From the NCBI GenBank assembly GCA_030390025.1, contig JASTWF010000034.1, forward strand, positions 4,712,001 through 4,776,000: a DNA stretch of 64,000 nucleotides. The letters run 5' to 3'. Of the stretch, positions 1 to 10,636 are shown in pieces; the first letter of the stretch is position 1; each line of letters starts with the position of its first letter. Under the pieces are notes generated by a model that worked only from the letters and a program-made list of their open reading frames with translations, searched no databases and was not told the origin of the DNA. Source of the DNA: Squalus acanthias. Taxonomy: Eukaryota. The position numbers were made by a program, and so were the translations under genes.

Positions 1-139
1 TGGTGAGCCAAGTTGTGAGACAATTTGTTTAGCGGAACATGACGACCCGCTCTGATCTCAGGCCTCGCCTGGATTCAAATCATTGATTTTATTATGTCTA
101 TCATTTATTCTCAAGATATCGGTCTTGCTTTCATGGCCT

Positions 140-298
140 GTATTCTTGCCCATCCCTAGTTACCCATGAGAAAATGGTGGGCCTTCAAATTGAGCCACTG
201 CAGTCCCTGTGGTGAAGGTGCTCCCACAATACTATTATGGAAGAAATTTCAGGCTTTTGACCGAGTGACGATGAAGGAACGGCGATATATTTGAAGGG
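140..298 (-). mobile_element. 3' tail fragment of a CR1/L2-clade LINE
   Basis: Reverse complement matches the LINE tail at 10310-10635 (CCTTCACCACA-GGACTGCAG...GGGATGGGCAA). Confidence 0.6.
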
Positions 299-689
299 TA
301 CGGAAGCATAGTGGTAATGTTGCTGGACTAGTAAACCAGATGACTGGAAAAATGATCCAGAGTTCAAGTCCCACCAGCTGGGGAATTTAAATTCAATTAA
401 TTAAACAAATCTGGAATGAAAAGCTAATATCAAGAATGGTGACCATGAAACTACGGGATTTTTATAAAAACCTATCTGGGAAGGAAATCTGCCGTCCTTA
501 CCCAGTCTGGCCGAAATGTGACTCCAGACCCAGAGCAATGTGATTAACTTTTAACTGCCCTCTGAAATGGCCTAGCAAGCCATTCAGTTTTATAAGGCGG
601 CTCACCACCACCTTCTCAAGGGCAATTAGGAATGGGCAATAAATGTGGCCTTGCCAGCGACGCCCACATCCCATGAATGAATAAAAAAT
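299..689 (+). mobile_element. tRNA-derived SINE with a LINE-like 3' tail
   Basis: A-box-like TAGTGGTAA and B-box-like GAGTTCAAGTCC. Its 3' end (CTCACCACCACCTTCTCAAGGGCAA...CCCACATCCCATGAATGAATAAAAAA) is shared with the tail at 10545-10635. Confidence 0.7.
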
Positions 690-919
690 TGTTCCAGCCT
701 GGATGGTGTGTGACATGAAGTTGGAACTTGGTTGTGATGTTGTTTTGTGCGACAGTCCGAGCCGAACTCTAACCCCTCCCTGTGCCCCTTGATGCCAATA
801 GTAGAAATTCACCTTTGACCCTGGGGATGAGACATACTTACGGTAAAATACTAAATACAAACAAAGTAACGTTTGGCATTTTCGGGATGCAAATCCTTTA
901 CTGGACACTTGGCAATGTG

Positions 920-1065
920 TTGGGGCTCAACACGGGGATGAGAATTATAAAATCAAAGCATTGCCGGACCGGGAGCCAATGTAGGTCAGCGAGCACAGGG
1001 GTGATGGATGAACGGGACTTGATGCGAGTTAGGACACGGACAGCAGAGTTTCGGATGAGACAGAA
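920..1065 (-). mobile_element. L2-clade LINE ORF2 C-terminal fragment
   Basis: Translates NSAVRVLTRIKSRSSITPVLADLHWLPV, the typical L2 C-terminal motif. Related copies lie at 30908-31282 and 56690-56925. Confidence 0.75.
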
Positions 1066-1579
1066 ATGCTTGTAATTAATTTTAGATACAACTCTTATAT
1101 CTCCCCACCCCTCGAGCAATCTGTCTCGGATGATAACAAATGTCTCTGAATGGGTTCAAGCCGAGCCCTTGAGCAAGTCTTAGTCCAATTCACCAGCACG
1201 CTGTGACATTTGATATTTGCCGATGTCTACTGACAGGAGCCGAGAAATTTGTCTCGGGCGTGGGTTAAACGGGTGGTATCGGATCGGGCGCCCGTTACAC
1301 GCACCGCCTGATATTCAGTTCCACTGCACTCAATGACGGGTTTCTTGTCCTTGGGCTTCGATTCTTCACACTACTTTTCCAGCAAAGCTTTCTCCGTAAC
1401 TCAGTGAAGTGACTTCAGTGTCAAAGAACTAATCTCAGTGATCCTGCACCATCAACACCCCTGTGGTAACAAAATCCATGGGCCCCTGTTTAAAAAAAAA
1501 ACACATCCATTCCAACACCTCTTAATTGTATAACATGCGATGAACACCTAAACAAGAGCCACAGTCAGTGACAAAAAAC

Positions 1580-4500
1580 ATTCACAAAGGCTTTTTAGAG
1601 AGACAGGACCAGTCAGACAGGCTTTCTAAAGAGACAGGAGCAGTCACACAGGCTTTTTAAAGAGACAGGACCAGTCGCACAGGCTTTTTAGAGAGACAGG
1701 ACCAGTCACACAGGCTTTTTAAAGAGACAGGACCAATCACACAGGCTTTTTAGAGAGACAGGTCCAATCACACAGGCTTTTTAAAGAGACAGGACCAGTC
1801 ACGCAGGCTTTTTAAAGAGACAGGACCAGTGACGCAGGCTTTCTAAAGAGACAGGACCAATCACACAGGCTTTCTAAAGAGACAGGGCCAGTCACACAGG
1901 CTTTTTAAAGAGACAGGACCATTCACAGAGATTTTTAAAGAGACAGGGCCAGTCACACAGGCTTTTTAAAGAAACAGGACCAGTCACACAGGCTTTTTAA
2001 AGAGACAGGACCAGTCACACAGGCTTTCTAAAGAGACAGGACAAGTCTCACAGGCTTTTTAAAGAGACAGGACCAGTCACACAGGCTTTTTAGAGAGACA
2101 GGTCCAGTCACAACGGCTTTTTAAAGAGACAGGGCCAGTCACGCAGGCTTTTTAAAGAGACGGGACCAGTCACACAGGCTTTTTAAAGAGACAGGACCAG
2201 TCACGCAGGCTTTCTAAAGAGACAGGACCAGTCACACAGGCTTTTTAAAGAGACAGGACCAATCACACAGGCTTTTTAAAGAGACAGGACCAGTCACACA
2301 GGCTTTCTAAAGAGACAGAACCAGTCACACAGGCTTTTTAAAGAGACAGGACCAGTCACGCAGGCTTTCTAAAGAGACAGGAACAGTCACACAGGCTTTT
2401 TAAGGAGACAGGACCAGTCACACAGGCTTTTTAAAGAGACAGGACCAGTCACACAGGCTTTATAAAGAGACAGAACCAGTCACACAGGCTTTTTAAAGAG
2501 CAAGGACCAGTCACACAGGCTTTCTAAAGAGACAGAATCAGTCACACAGGCTTTTTAAAGAGACATTACCATTCACACAGGCTTTTTAAAGAGACAGGAC
2601 GAATCACACAGGCTTTTTAAAGAGACAGGACCAGTCACACTGGCTTTTTACAGAGACAGGACCAGTCACACAGGCTTTTTAGAGAAACAGGATCAGTCAC
2701 ACAGGCTTTTTAAAGAGACAGGACCAGTCACACAGCGTTTTTAAAGAGACAGGACCAGTCACACAAGCTTTTTAAAGAGACAGGATCATTTACACAGGAT
2801 TTTTAAAGAGACAGGACCAGTCACACAGGCTTATAAAGAGACAGGACCAGTCACACAGGCTTTTTTAAGAGACAGGACCAGTCACACAGGCTTTTTTAAG
2901 AGACAGGACCAGACACACAGGCTTTTTAAAGAGACAGAACCAGTCACACAGGCTTTTTAAAGGGACAGGTCCATTCACACAGGCTTTTTAGAGAGACAGG
3001 TCCAGTCACAGCGGCTTTTCAAAGAGACAGGACCAGTCACGCAGGCTTTTTTAGGGACAGGACCAGTCACACCGGCTTTTTAGAGAGACAGGACCAGTCA
3101 CAGCGGCTTTTTAGAGAGACAGGTCCAGTCACAGCGGCTTTTTAAAGAGACAGGACCAGTCACACAGGCTTTTTTAAGAGACAGGATCAGTCACACAGGC
3201 TTTTTAGAGAGACAGGACCAGTCACACAGGCTTTTTAGAGAGACAGGTCCAGTCACAACGGCTTTTTAAAGAGACAGGAGCAGTCACACAGGCTTTTTAA
3301 AGAGACAGGACGAGTCACACAGGCTTTTTAACGAGAAAGGACCAGACACACAGGCTTTTTAAAGCGACAGGGCCAGTTACGCAGGCTGTTTAAAGAGACA
3401 GGACCATTCACACAGATTTTTAAAGAGACAGGATCAGTCACACAGGCTTTTTAAAGAGACAGGACCAGTCACACAGGCTTTTTAAAGAGACAGGACCAGT
3501 CACCCAGGCTTTCTAAAGAGACAGGACCAGTCACACAGGCTTTTTAGAGAGACAGGTCCAGTCACAACGGCTTTTTAAAGAGACAGGGCCAGTCACGCAG
3601 GCTTTTTAAAGAGACAGGACCAGTCACACAGGCTTTTTAAAGAGCAAGGAGCAGTCACACATGCTTTTTAAAGAGACAGAACCAGTCACACAGGCTTTTT
3701 AAAGAGACAGGGCCAGTCACGCAGGCTTTTTAAAGAGACAGGACCAATCACACAGATTTTTAAAGAGACAGGACCAGTCACACAGGCTTTCTAAAGAGAC
3801 AGAACCAGTCACACAGGCTTTTTAAAGAGACAGGGCCAGTCACGCAGGCTTTCTAAAGAGACAGGACCAGTCACACAGGCTTTTTAAAGAGACAGGACCA
3901 GTCACACAGGCTTTTTAAAGAGACAGGACCAGTCACACAGGCTTTCTAAAGAGACAGAACCAGTCACACAGGCTTTTTAAAGAGACAGGACCAGTCACAC
4001 AGGCTTTCTGAAGAGACAGAACCAGTCACACAGGCTTTTTAAAGAGACAGGACCATTCACACAGGGTTTTTAAAGAGACAGGACCAGTCACACGGGCTTT
4101 TTGAAGAGACAGGACCAGTCACACAGGCTTTTTAAAGAGACAGGACCAGTCACACTGGCTTTTTAAAGAGACAGGACCATTCACACAGGCTTTTTAAAGA
4201 GACAGAACCAGTCACACAGGCTTTTTAAAGAGACATTACCATTCACACAGGCTTTTAAAAGAGACAGGACGAATCACACAGGCTTTTTAAAGAGACAGGA
4301 CCAGTCACACAGGCTTTTTTAAGAGACAGGACCAGTCACACAGGCTTTTTTAAGAGACAGGACCAGTCACACAGGCTTTTTAAAGAGACAGAACCAGTCA
4401 CACAGGCTTTTTAAAGGGACAGGTCCATTCACACAGGCTTTTTAGAGAGACAGGTCCAGTCACAGCGGCTTTTCACAGAGACAGGACCAGTCACACAGGC

Positions 4501-7146
4501 TTTTTTAGGGACAGGACCAGTCACACAGGCTTTTTAGAGAGACAGGACCAGTCACAGCGGCTTTTTAGAGAGACAGGTCCAGTCACACCGGCTTTTTAAA
4601 GAGACAGGACCAGTCACACAGGCTTTTTTAAGAGACAGGATCAGTCACACAGGCTTTTTAGAGAGACAGGACCAGTCACACAGGCTTTTTAGAGAGACAG
4701 GACCATTCACACAGGCTTTTTAAAGAGACAGGACCAATCACACAGGCTTTTTGAAGAGACAGGACCAGGCACACAGGCTTTTTAATGAGACCGGACCAGT
4801 CACACAGGCTTTTTGAAGAGACAGGACCAGTCACACTGGCTTTTTGAAGAGACAGGACCAGTCACACTGGCTTTTTGAAGAGACAGGACCAGTCACACGG
4901 GCTTTTTAAAGAGCCAGGACCAGTCACACAGGCTTTTTAAAGAGACAGAACCAGGCACACAGGCTTTTTAAAGAGACAGGACCACTAACACAGGCTTTTT
5001 AAAGAGACAGAACCAGGCACACAGGCTTTTTAAAGAGACAGGACCAATCACACAGGCTTTCTAAAGAGACAGAAACAGTCACACAGGCTTTTTAAAGAGA
5101 CAGGACCAGTCACGCAGGCTTTCTAAAGAGACAGGACCAGTCACACAGACTTTTTAAAGAGACAGGACCAGTCACACAATCTTTTTAAAGAGACAGGACC
5201 AGTCTCACAGGCTTTCTAAAGAGACAGAAACAGTCACACAGGCTTTTTAAAGAGACAGGACCAGTCACGCAGGCTTTCTAAAGAGACAGGAACAGTCACA
5301 CAGGCTTTTTAAAGAGACAGGACCAGTCACACAATCTTTTTTAAGAGACAGGACCAGTCACACAGGCTTTATAAAGAGACAGAACCAGTCACACAGGCTT
5401 TTTAAAGAGACAGGACCATTCACACAGGGTTTTTAAAGAGACAGGACCAGTCACACGGGCTTTTTGAAGAGACAGGACCAGTCACACAGGCTTTTTAAAG
5501 AGACAGGACCAGTCACACTGGCTTTTTAAAGAGACAGGACGAATCACACAGGCTTTTTAAAGAGACAGGACCAGTCACACAGGCTTTTTAAAGAGACAGG
5601 ACCATTCACACAGGGTTTTTAAAGAGACAGGACCAGTCACACGGGCTTTTTGAAGAGACAGGACCAGTCACACAGGCTTTTTAAAGAGACAGGACCAGTC
5701 ACACTGGCTTTTTAAAGAGACAGGACCATTCACAGGCTTTTTAAAGAGACAGGACCAATCACACAGGCTTTTTAAAGAGACAGAACCAGTCACACAGGCT
5801 TTTTAAAGAGACATTACCATTCACACAGGCTTTTTAAAGAGACAGGACGAATCACACAGGCTTTTTAAAGAGACAGGACCAGTCACACAGGCTTTTTACA
5901 GAGACAGGTCCAGTTACACAGGCTTTTTAGAGAAACAGGACCAGTCACACAGGCTTTTTAAAGAGACAGGACCAGTCACACAGAGTTTTTAAAGAGACAG
6001 GACCAGTCACACAAGCTTTTTAAAGAGACAGGATCATTCACACAGGCTTTTTAAAGAGACAGGACCAGTCACACAGGCTTTTTTAAGAGACAGGACCAGT
6101 CACACAGGCTTTTTTAAGAGACAGGACCAGTCACACAGGCTTTTTAAAGAGACAGAACCAGTCACACAGGCTTTTTAAAGGGACAGGTCCATTCACACAG
6201 GCTTTTTAGAGAGACAGGTCCAGTCACAGCGGCTTTTCAAAGAGACAGGACCAGTCACACAGGCTTTTTTAGGGACAGGACCAGTCACACAGGCTTTTTA
6301 GAGACAGGACCAGTCACAGCGGCTTTTTAGAGAGACAGGTCCAGTCACACCGGCTTTTTAAAGAGACAGGACCAGTCACACAGACTTTTTTAAGAGACAG
6401 GATCAGTCACACAGGCTTTTTAGAGAGACAGGACCAGTCACACAGGCTTTTTAGAGAGACAGGACCATTCACACAGGCTTTTTAAAGAGACAGGACCAAT
6501 CACACAGGCTTTTTGAAGAGACAGGACCAGGCACACAGGCTTTTTAAAGAGACCGGACCACTAACACAGGCTTTTTGAAGAGACAGGACCAGTCACACTG
6601 GCTTTTTGAAGAGACAGGACCAGTCACACGGGCTTTTTAAAGAGCCAGGACCAGTCACACAGGCTTTTTAAAGAGACAGGACCAATCAAATAGGCTTTTT
6701 GAAGAGACAGGACCAGGCACACAGGCTTTTTGAAGAGACAGGACCAGTCACACAGGCTTTTTAGAGAAACAGGACCACTAACACAGGCTTTTTGAAGAGA
6801 CAGGACCAGGCACACAGGCTTTTTAAAGAGACAGGACCACTAACACAGGCTTTTTGAAGAGACAGGACCAGTCACACTGGCTTTTTGAAGAGACAGGACC
6901 AGTTACACTGGCTTTTTAGAGAGACAGGACCAGTCACACAGGCTTTTTAAAGAGACAGGACCAGTCACACAGCCTTTTTGAAGAGACAGGACCAGTCACA
7001 CTGGCTTTTTAGAGAGACAGGACCATTCACACAGGCTTTTTAGAGAGACTGGACCAGTCACAGAGGCTTTTTAAAGAGACTGGACCAGTCACACAGGCTT
7101 TTTAGAGAGACAGGTCCAGTCACACAGGCTTTTTAAAGAGACAGAC
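1580..7146. repeat. 31-bp minisatellite, ~180 copies
   Basis: Unit AGGACCAGTCACACAGGCTTTTTAAAGAGAC in continuous tandem. Confidence 0.97.
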
Positions 7147-7435
7147 TCCAGGGATGAGGGATTTCAGTTATGTGGGCAGACGAGAGAAGCTGGGATTGTT
7201 CTCCTTATAGCAGAGAAGGTTAGGGGGAGATTGAATAGAAGTGTTCAAAATGATGAGGGGTTTTGATACAATAAGAAAGGAGAAACTCTTTCCACTCCTT
7301 GCCATGTCATTACCAAAAGGGCACAGATGTGAGATAATTGGTAAATGAAACGGGGCAGATGAGAAGAACTTTGGTCACACAGTGAGTTTTTATGTCTGGA
7401 ATGAACTCGGAAGGTCTGGTGGAAGCAGATTCAAT
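7147..7435 (+). mobile_element. CR1-type LINE 3' ORF2 fragment
   Basis: Degenerate PGMRGFSYV.R.EKLGLFSL.QRRL.GD.IEVFKMMRGFD-type sequence. Confidence 0.75.
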
Positions 7436-7439
7436 CAGC

Positions 7440-7540
7440 TCAGCTCATAGCACTCTCGGCTCTGTGTTAGAAGGTTGTGGGTTCAAGTCCCACTCCAGCG
7501 ACTTGAGTACAGAAATCTTGGCTCACACGCCACTGCAGTA
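7440..7540 (+). mobile_element. tRNA-derived SINE head (DeuSINE/SacSINE1-like)
   Basis: TAGCACTCTCGGCTCTG...GGTTGTGGGTTCAAGTCCCACTCCAG (B box GGTTCAAGTCC), running directly into the 33-bp array. Family name is from recall. Confidence 0.6.
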
Positions 7541-8088
7541 CTGAGGGAGCACTGCAGTGTTGGAGGGGCAGTACTGAGGGAGTACTGCACAGTCAGAGGG
7601 GCATTCCTGAAGAAGCGCTGCAGTGTTGGAGGGGCAGTACTGGGGGAGTACTGCACAGTCAGAGGGGCATTATTGAGGGAGCACTGCGCAGTCAGAGGGG
7701 CAGTACTGAGGGAGTACTGCACAATCAGAGGGGCAGTACTGAGGGAGCACTGCACTGTCAGAGGGACAGTACTGAGGGAGCGCTGCACTGTCAGAGGGGC
7801 AGTACTGAGGGAGCACTGCACTGTTGGAGGGGCAGTACTGGGGGAGTACTGCACAGTCAGAGGGGCAGTACTGAGGGAGCACTGCACTGTTGGAGGGGCA
7901 GTACTGAGGGAGCACTGCACAGTCAGAGGGGCAGTACTGAGGGAGCACTGCACTGTCGGAGGGGCATTACTGAGGGAGTACTGCACAGTCAGAGGAGCAT
8001 TACTGTGGGAGCACTGCACTGTCGGAGGGGCAGTACTGAGGGAGCGCTGCACTGTCAGAGGGGCAGTACTGAGGGAGCGCTGCAGTGT
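7538..8088. repeat. 33-bp tandem repeat, ~17 copies
   Basis: Unit GTACTGAGGGAGCACTGCACTGTCAGAGGGGCA, which gives the 11-aa periodic ORFs. Confidence 0.95.
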
Positions 8089-8599
8089 TCAAGATGTGCC
8101 GATTCATCAGCTGAGGGAGGGCGGTAGGTGGTAATCGGCATGAAGTTACCTTGCCCATGTCTGACTGGAAGCCATCACACTTCATTATATCCTCAGGCAA
8201 TGCTGAGGACTCACAGGGTTTCTCCCTCCCGACTGTGCCCCCACCTCTGGTTGGTCTGTGCAGACCCTGGGATGGTGATGGAGGATTCGGGAAGGTTGAC
8301 CGATAGTTATGATTCGGTGAGTATGAATATCAGAGAATACAATGTTTCCAGCGTGTTTATGGAGTATTAAGGTGGTTACAGGGTATTTATCTCAGCGGTT
8401 AATATTTTAAGCGTTTTCCTTTGATTCCTTGGTATCGACCCTTTGCTCCTTTTTAATTATTATTCCCCTCGGTCAAACACCATGACATGTTTGTCTGGGT
8501 AAACTCAATCTTTAGAAACATGTTGTTCTTGTTCTTGTTCGAGTTTCAGGCAATTGAGAAATGAACTGGGAATCAAATTCCTGAATTGAATGTTACAAA

Positions 8600-9568
8600 T
8601 GGGAATGGCAGAATCATTGGCTGTAAAACGCTTCTATAGGCCACCAACTAGTGAGAAGGAAATAGAGGAACAAATTTGCAGGGAAATTGCAGAGGTGGAA
8701 GAAATATAGAGTGGTAATAATGGGGGACTTCAGTTATCCTAATATAGACTGAGATAGTAATCGTATAAAGGGAAGAGAGGGGACAGAATTTCCTTAGTGA
8801 GTTCAAGAGAACTTTCTTGATTGGTGCATTTCTGGCCCAAAGACGAAGGAGGCATTGCTGGATCTGGTTCTGGGGAATGAGGTAGGTGAAGTGGAGAAGA
8901 TTTCAGTAAGGGAGCATTCAGGGAACGGTGATCGTAGTATCATGAGGTTTATATTAGCTATGGAAAAGGACGATGAGCAATCTAGAGTAAAAATACTTAA
9001 TTAGGGGAGGGCCAATTTCAGTGGGTTGAGAAAGGAGCTGGCTTGGGTAAAAGGAATCAAAGATTGGCAGGCAAAACTGTCATTGAACAATGGGCTGCCT
9101 TTAAAGAAGAGATGATTCAGGTACAATCGAGGTACATTCCCATGAGGGGGAAAGGTGGGACAACCAAAGCCAGAGCTCCCTGGATGACGAAAGAGATAGT
9201 GGAAGATAGAGAGTAAGAGGAAGCAGAGAAATGGGGCGTATGACAGATGTCAAGTCCAGAATACAAGTGAGAACCAGGCTGAATATAGAAAGTTCAAAGA
9301 GGAAGTGAAAAAGGAAATAAGAGGGGCAAAGAGAGAGTATTAGAATAGATTGGCAGCTAACATAAAATGGAATCCAAAAGTCTTCTTTTGGCATATAAAT
9401 ACTAAACGGGCAGTAAGAGGAGGGGTGGGGCCGATTAAGGGCCAAAAAGGAGACATACGAATGGAGGCAGAGGGCATGGCTGAGATAGTAAATAAATACT
9501 TTGCATCTGTCTTTAGCAAGGAAGAAGCTGCTGCCAAAGTCATAGTGAAAGAGGAGGTAGTTGAGTAA
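8600..9568 (+). mobile_element. CR1-type LINE ORF2 fragment (AP endonuclease to tether), disrupted
   Basis: FYRPP, IMGDFSYPNID, LLDLVLGNE and NPKVF..HIN.KR motifs, interrupted by stops and frameshifts. Confidence 0.85.
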
Positions 9569-9644
9569 AGTGTTGTGGTGACAATGGTTCAATGAGTCTG
9601 TTTGTTCAATGACTGTAATTAATGTCAGTTACAGTGAGGCCTAA

Positions 9645-9681
9645 TGATGTCACTCGGGAATTTCCCTCTGCTCTAAATAAG
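9645..9681 (+). promoter_or_regulatory. candidate proximal promoter of the GPCR: CRE-like site, NF-kB consensus, TATA-like box
   Basis: TGATGTCA 9645-9652, GGGAATTTCC 9656-9665 and TCTAAATAA 9672-9680, about 90-140 bp upstream of the exon 1 coding part. Confidence 0.45.
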
Positions 9682-9764
9682 GAGATCCCTTCACTGTGTC
9701 ACCTCACACAGTCAGCGCGCTGCCCCCAGCACAAAGACCACCAGACACTCACAGAAGGGAAGGC

Positions 9765-9855
9765 ATAGATTGGGGAGAAGTGTTTAGATTATTAGGAATA
9801 TGTTATGATATACAAAATATGTACTATCCCCTCCTCACTGCTGTCGGCGTTTCTA
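9765..9855 (+). CDS. exon 1 of a GPR139/GPR142-like class A GPCR (N-terminus and start of TM1)
   Basis: Frame reads IDWGEVFRLLGICYDIQNMYYPLLTAVGVS, then a phase-1 donor A|GTAAGG at 9856. In-frame ATG at 9819; 9765 is ATA. Joins exon 2 in frame (A+TG) to complete TM1. Confidence 0.75.
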
Positions 9856-9889
9856 GTAAGGATCTATGTCCAGTTATTAATTCAAAATA

Positions 9890-10126
9890 ATGGAGAGGCC
9901 CAGAGAAAGAGCTAGGGGCTTGAGCGACGAGGCTTTGGTGGCTCTGGTTGGCGCTGTGGAACGGCGATGGGCAGTGTTGTTCCCTGTGAGGCACAGGAGG
10001 CCATTGCCCCGGGAATTTAGAAGAGTGTGGAGGGAGGTGGCTCAGCACATCTCCCCGAGGGGCCTGGTGCCGAGGAAACACACCCAATGTCAGAAGAAGT
10101 TCAACGAGCTCACTTGGGTGGTCAGG
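9890..10126 (+). pseudogene. Harbinger Myb/SANT-like DNA-binding protein, first exon
   Basis: LSDEALVALVGAVERRWAVLF...VWREVA...R..TQCQKKFNEL (trihelix/MADF-type pattern) followed by donor GTGAGT at 10127. No downstream exons recognised. Confidence 0.7.
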
Positions 10127-10304
10127 GTGAGTACCTGCTTTTCCAAACCTCGACATCCCTCCATCTCAACTTCACTTTGTGCCCAGAGGGTTTACAAACC
10201 CAAATGCCCAACACTCATTCAAACCTATGGCCATTTCATAAAACACACATCCACATCCCACACCTTGCACACATTAACCGCTATTCAACAAGATACACTA
10301 CAGC

Positions 10305-10635
10305 AACTCACCAAGGCTTCTTCGGCAGCACCTCCCAAACCCGCGACGTCTTCCACCTGGAAGGACAAGGGCAGGCGCATGGGAACACCTCCACCTTCAA
10401 GTTCCCCTCCAAGTCACACACCATCCTGACTTAGAAGTATATCGCCGATCCTTCATCATCGCTGGGTGAAAATCCTGTAACTCCCTGCTTAACAGCACTG
10501 TGGGCGTACCTTCACCACACGGACTGCAGCGGTTCAAGAACGCAGCTCACCACCACCTTCTCAAGGGCAACTAGGGATGGGCAATAAATGCTGGCCATGC
10601 CAGCGAAGCCCACATCCCATAAACGAATAAAAATA
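10305..10635 (+). mobile_element. LINE 3' tail inserted in the Harbinger remnant
   Basis: Ends GGGCAATAAATGCTGGCC...CCCACATCCCATAAACGAATAAAAA, the same tail as the SINE at 299-689. Confidence 0.7.
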
Positions 10636-10636
10636 T

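Noticed and set aside
299..380. tRNA genes at 299-380 and 7440-7500
   Set aside because: A/B boxes continue into SINE bodies, with no complete cloverleaf.
1580..7146. CRISPR-like array (31-bp repeats)
   Set aside because: Head-to-tail units with no unique spacers, no cas genes, and a vertebrate context.
7475..8134. Cys/His-rich periodic ORFs
   Set aside because: These are translations of the 33-bp repeat, which is open on both strands.
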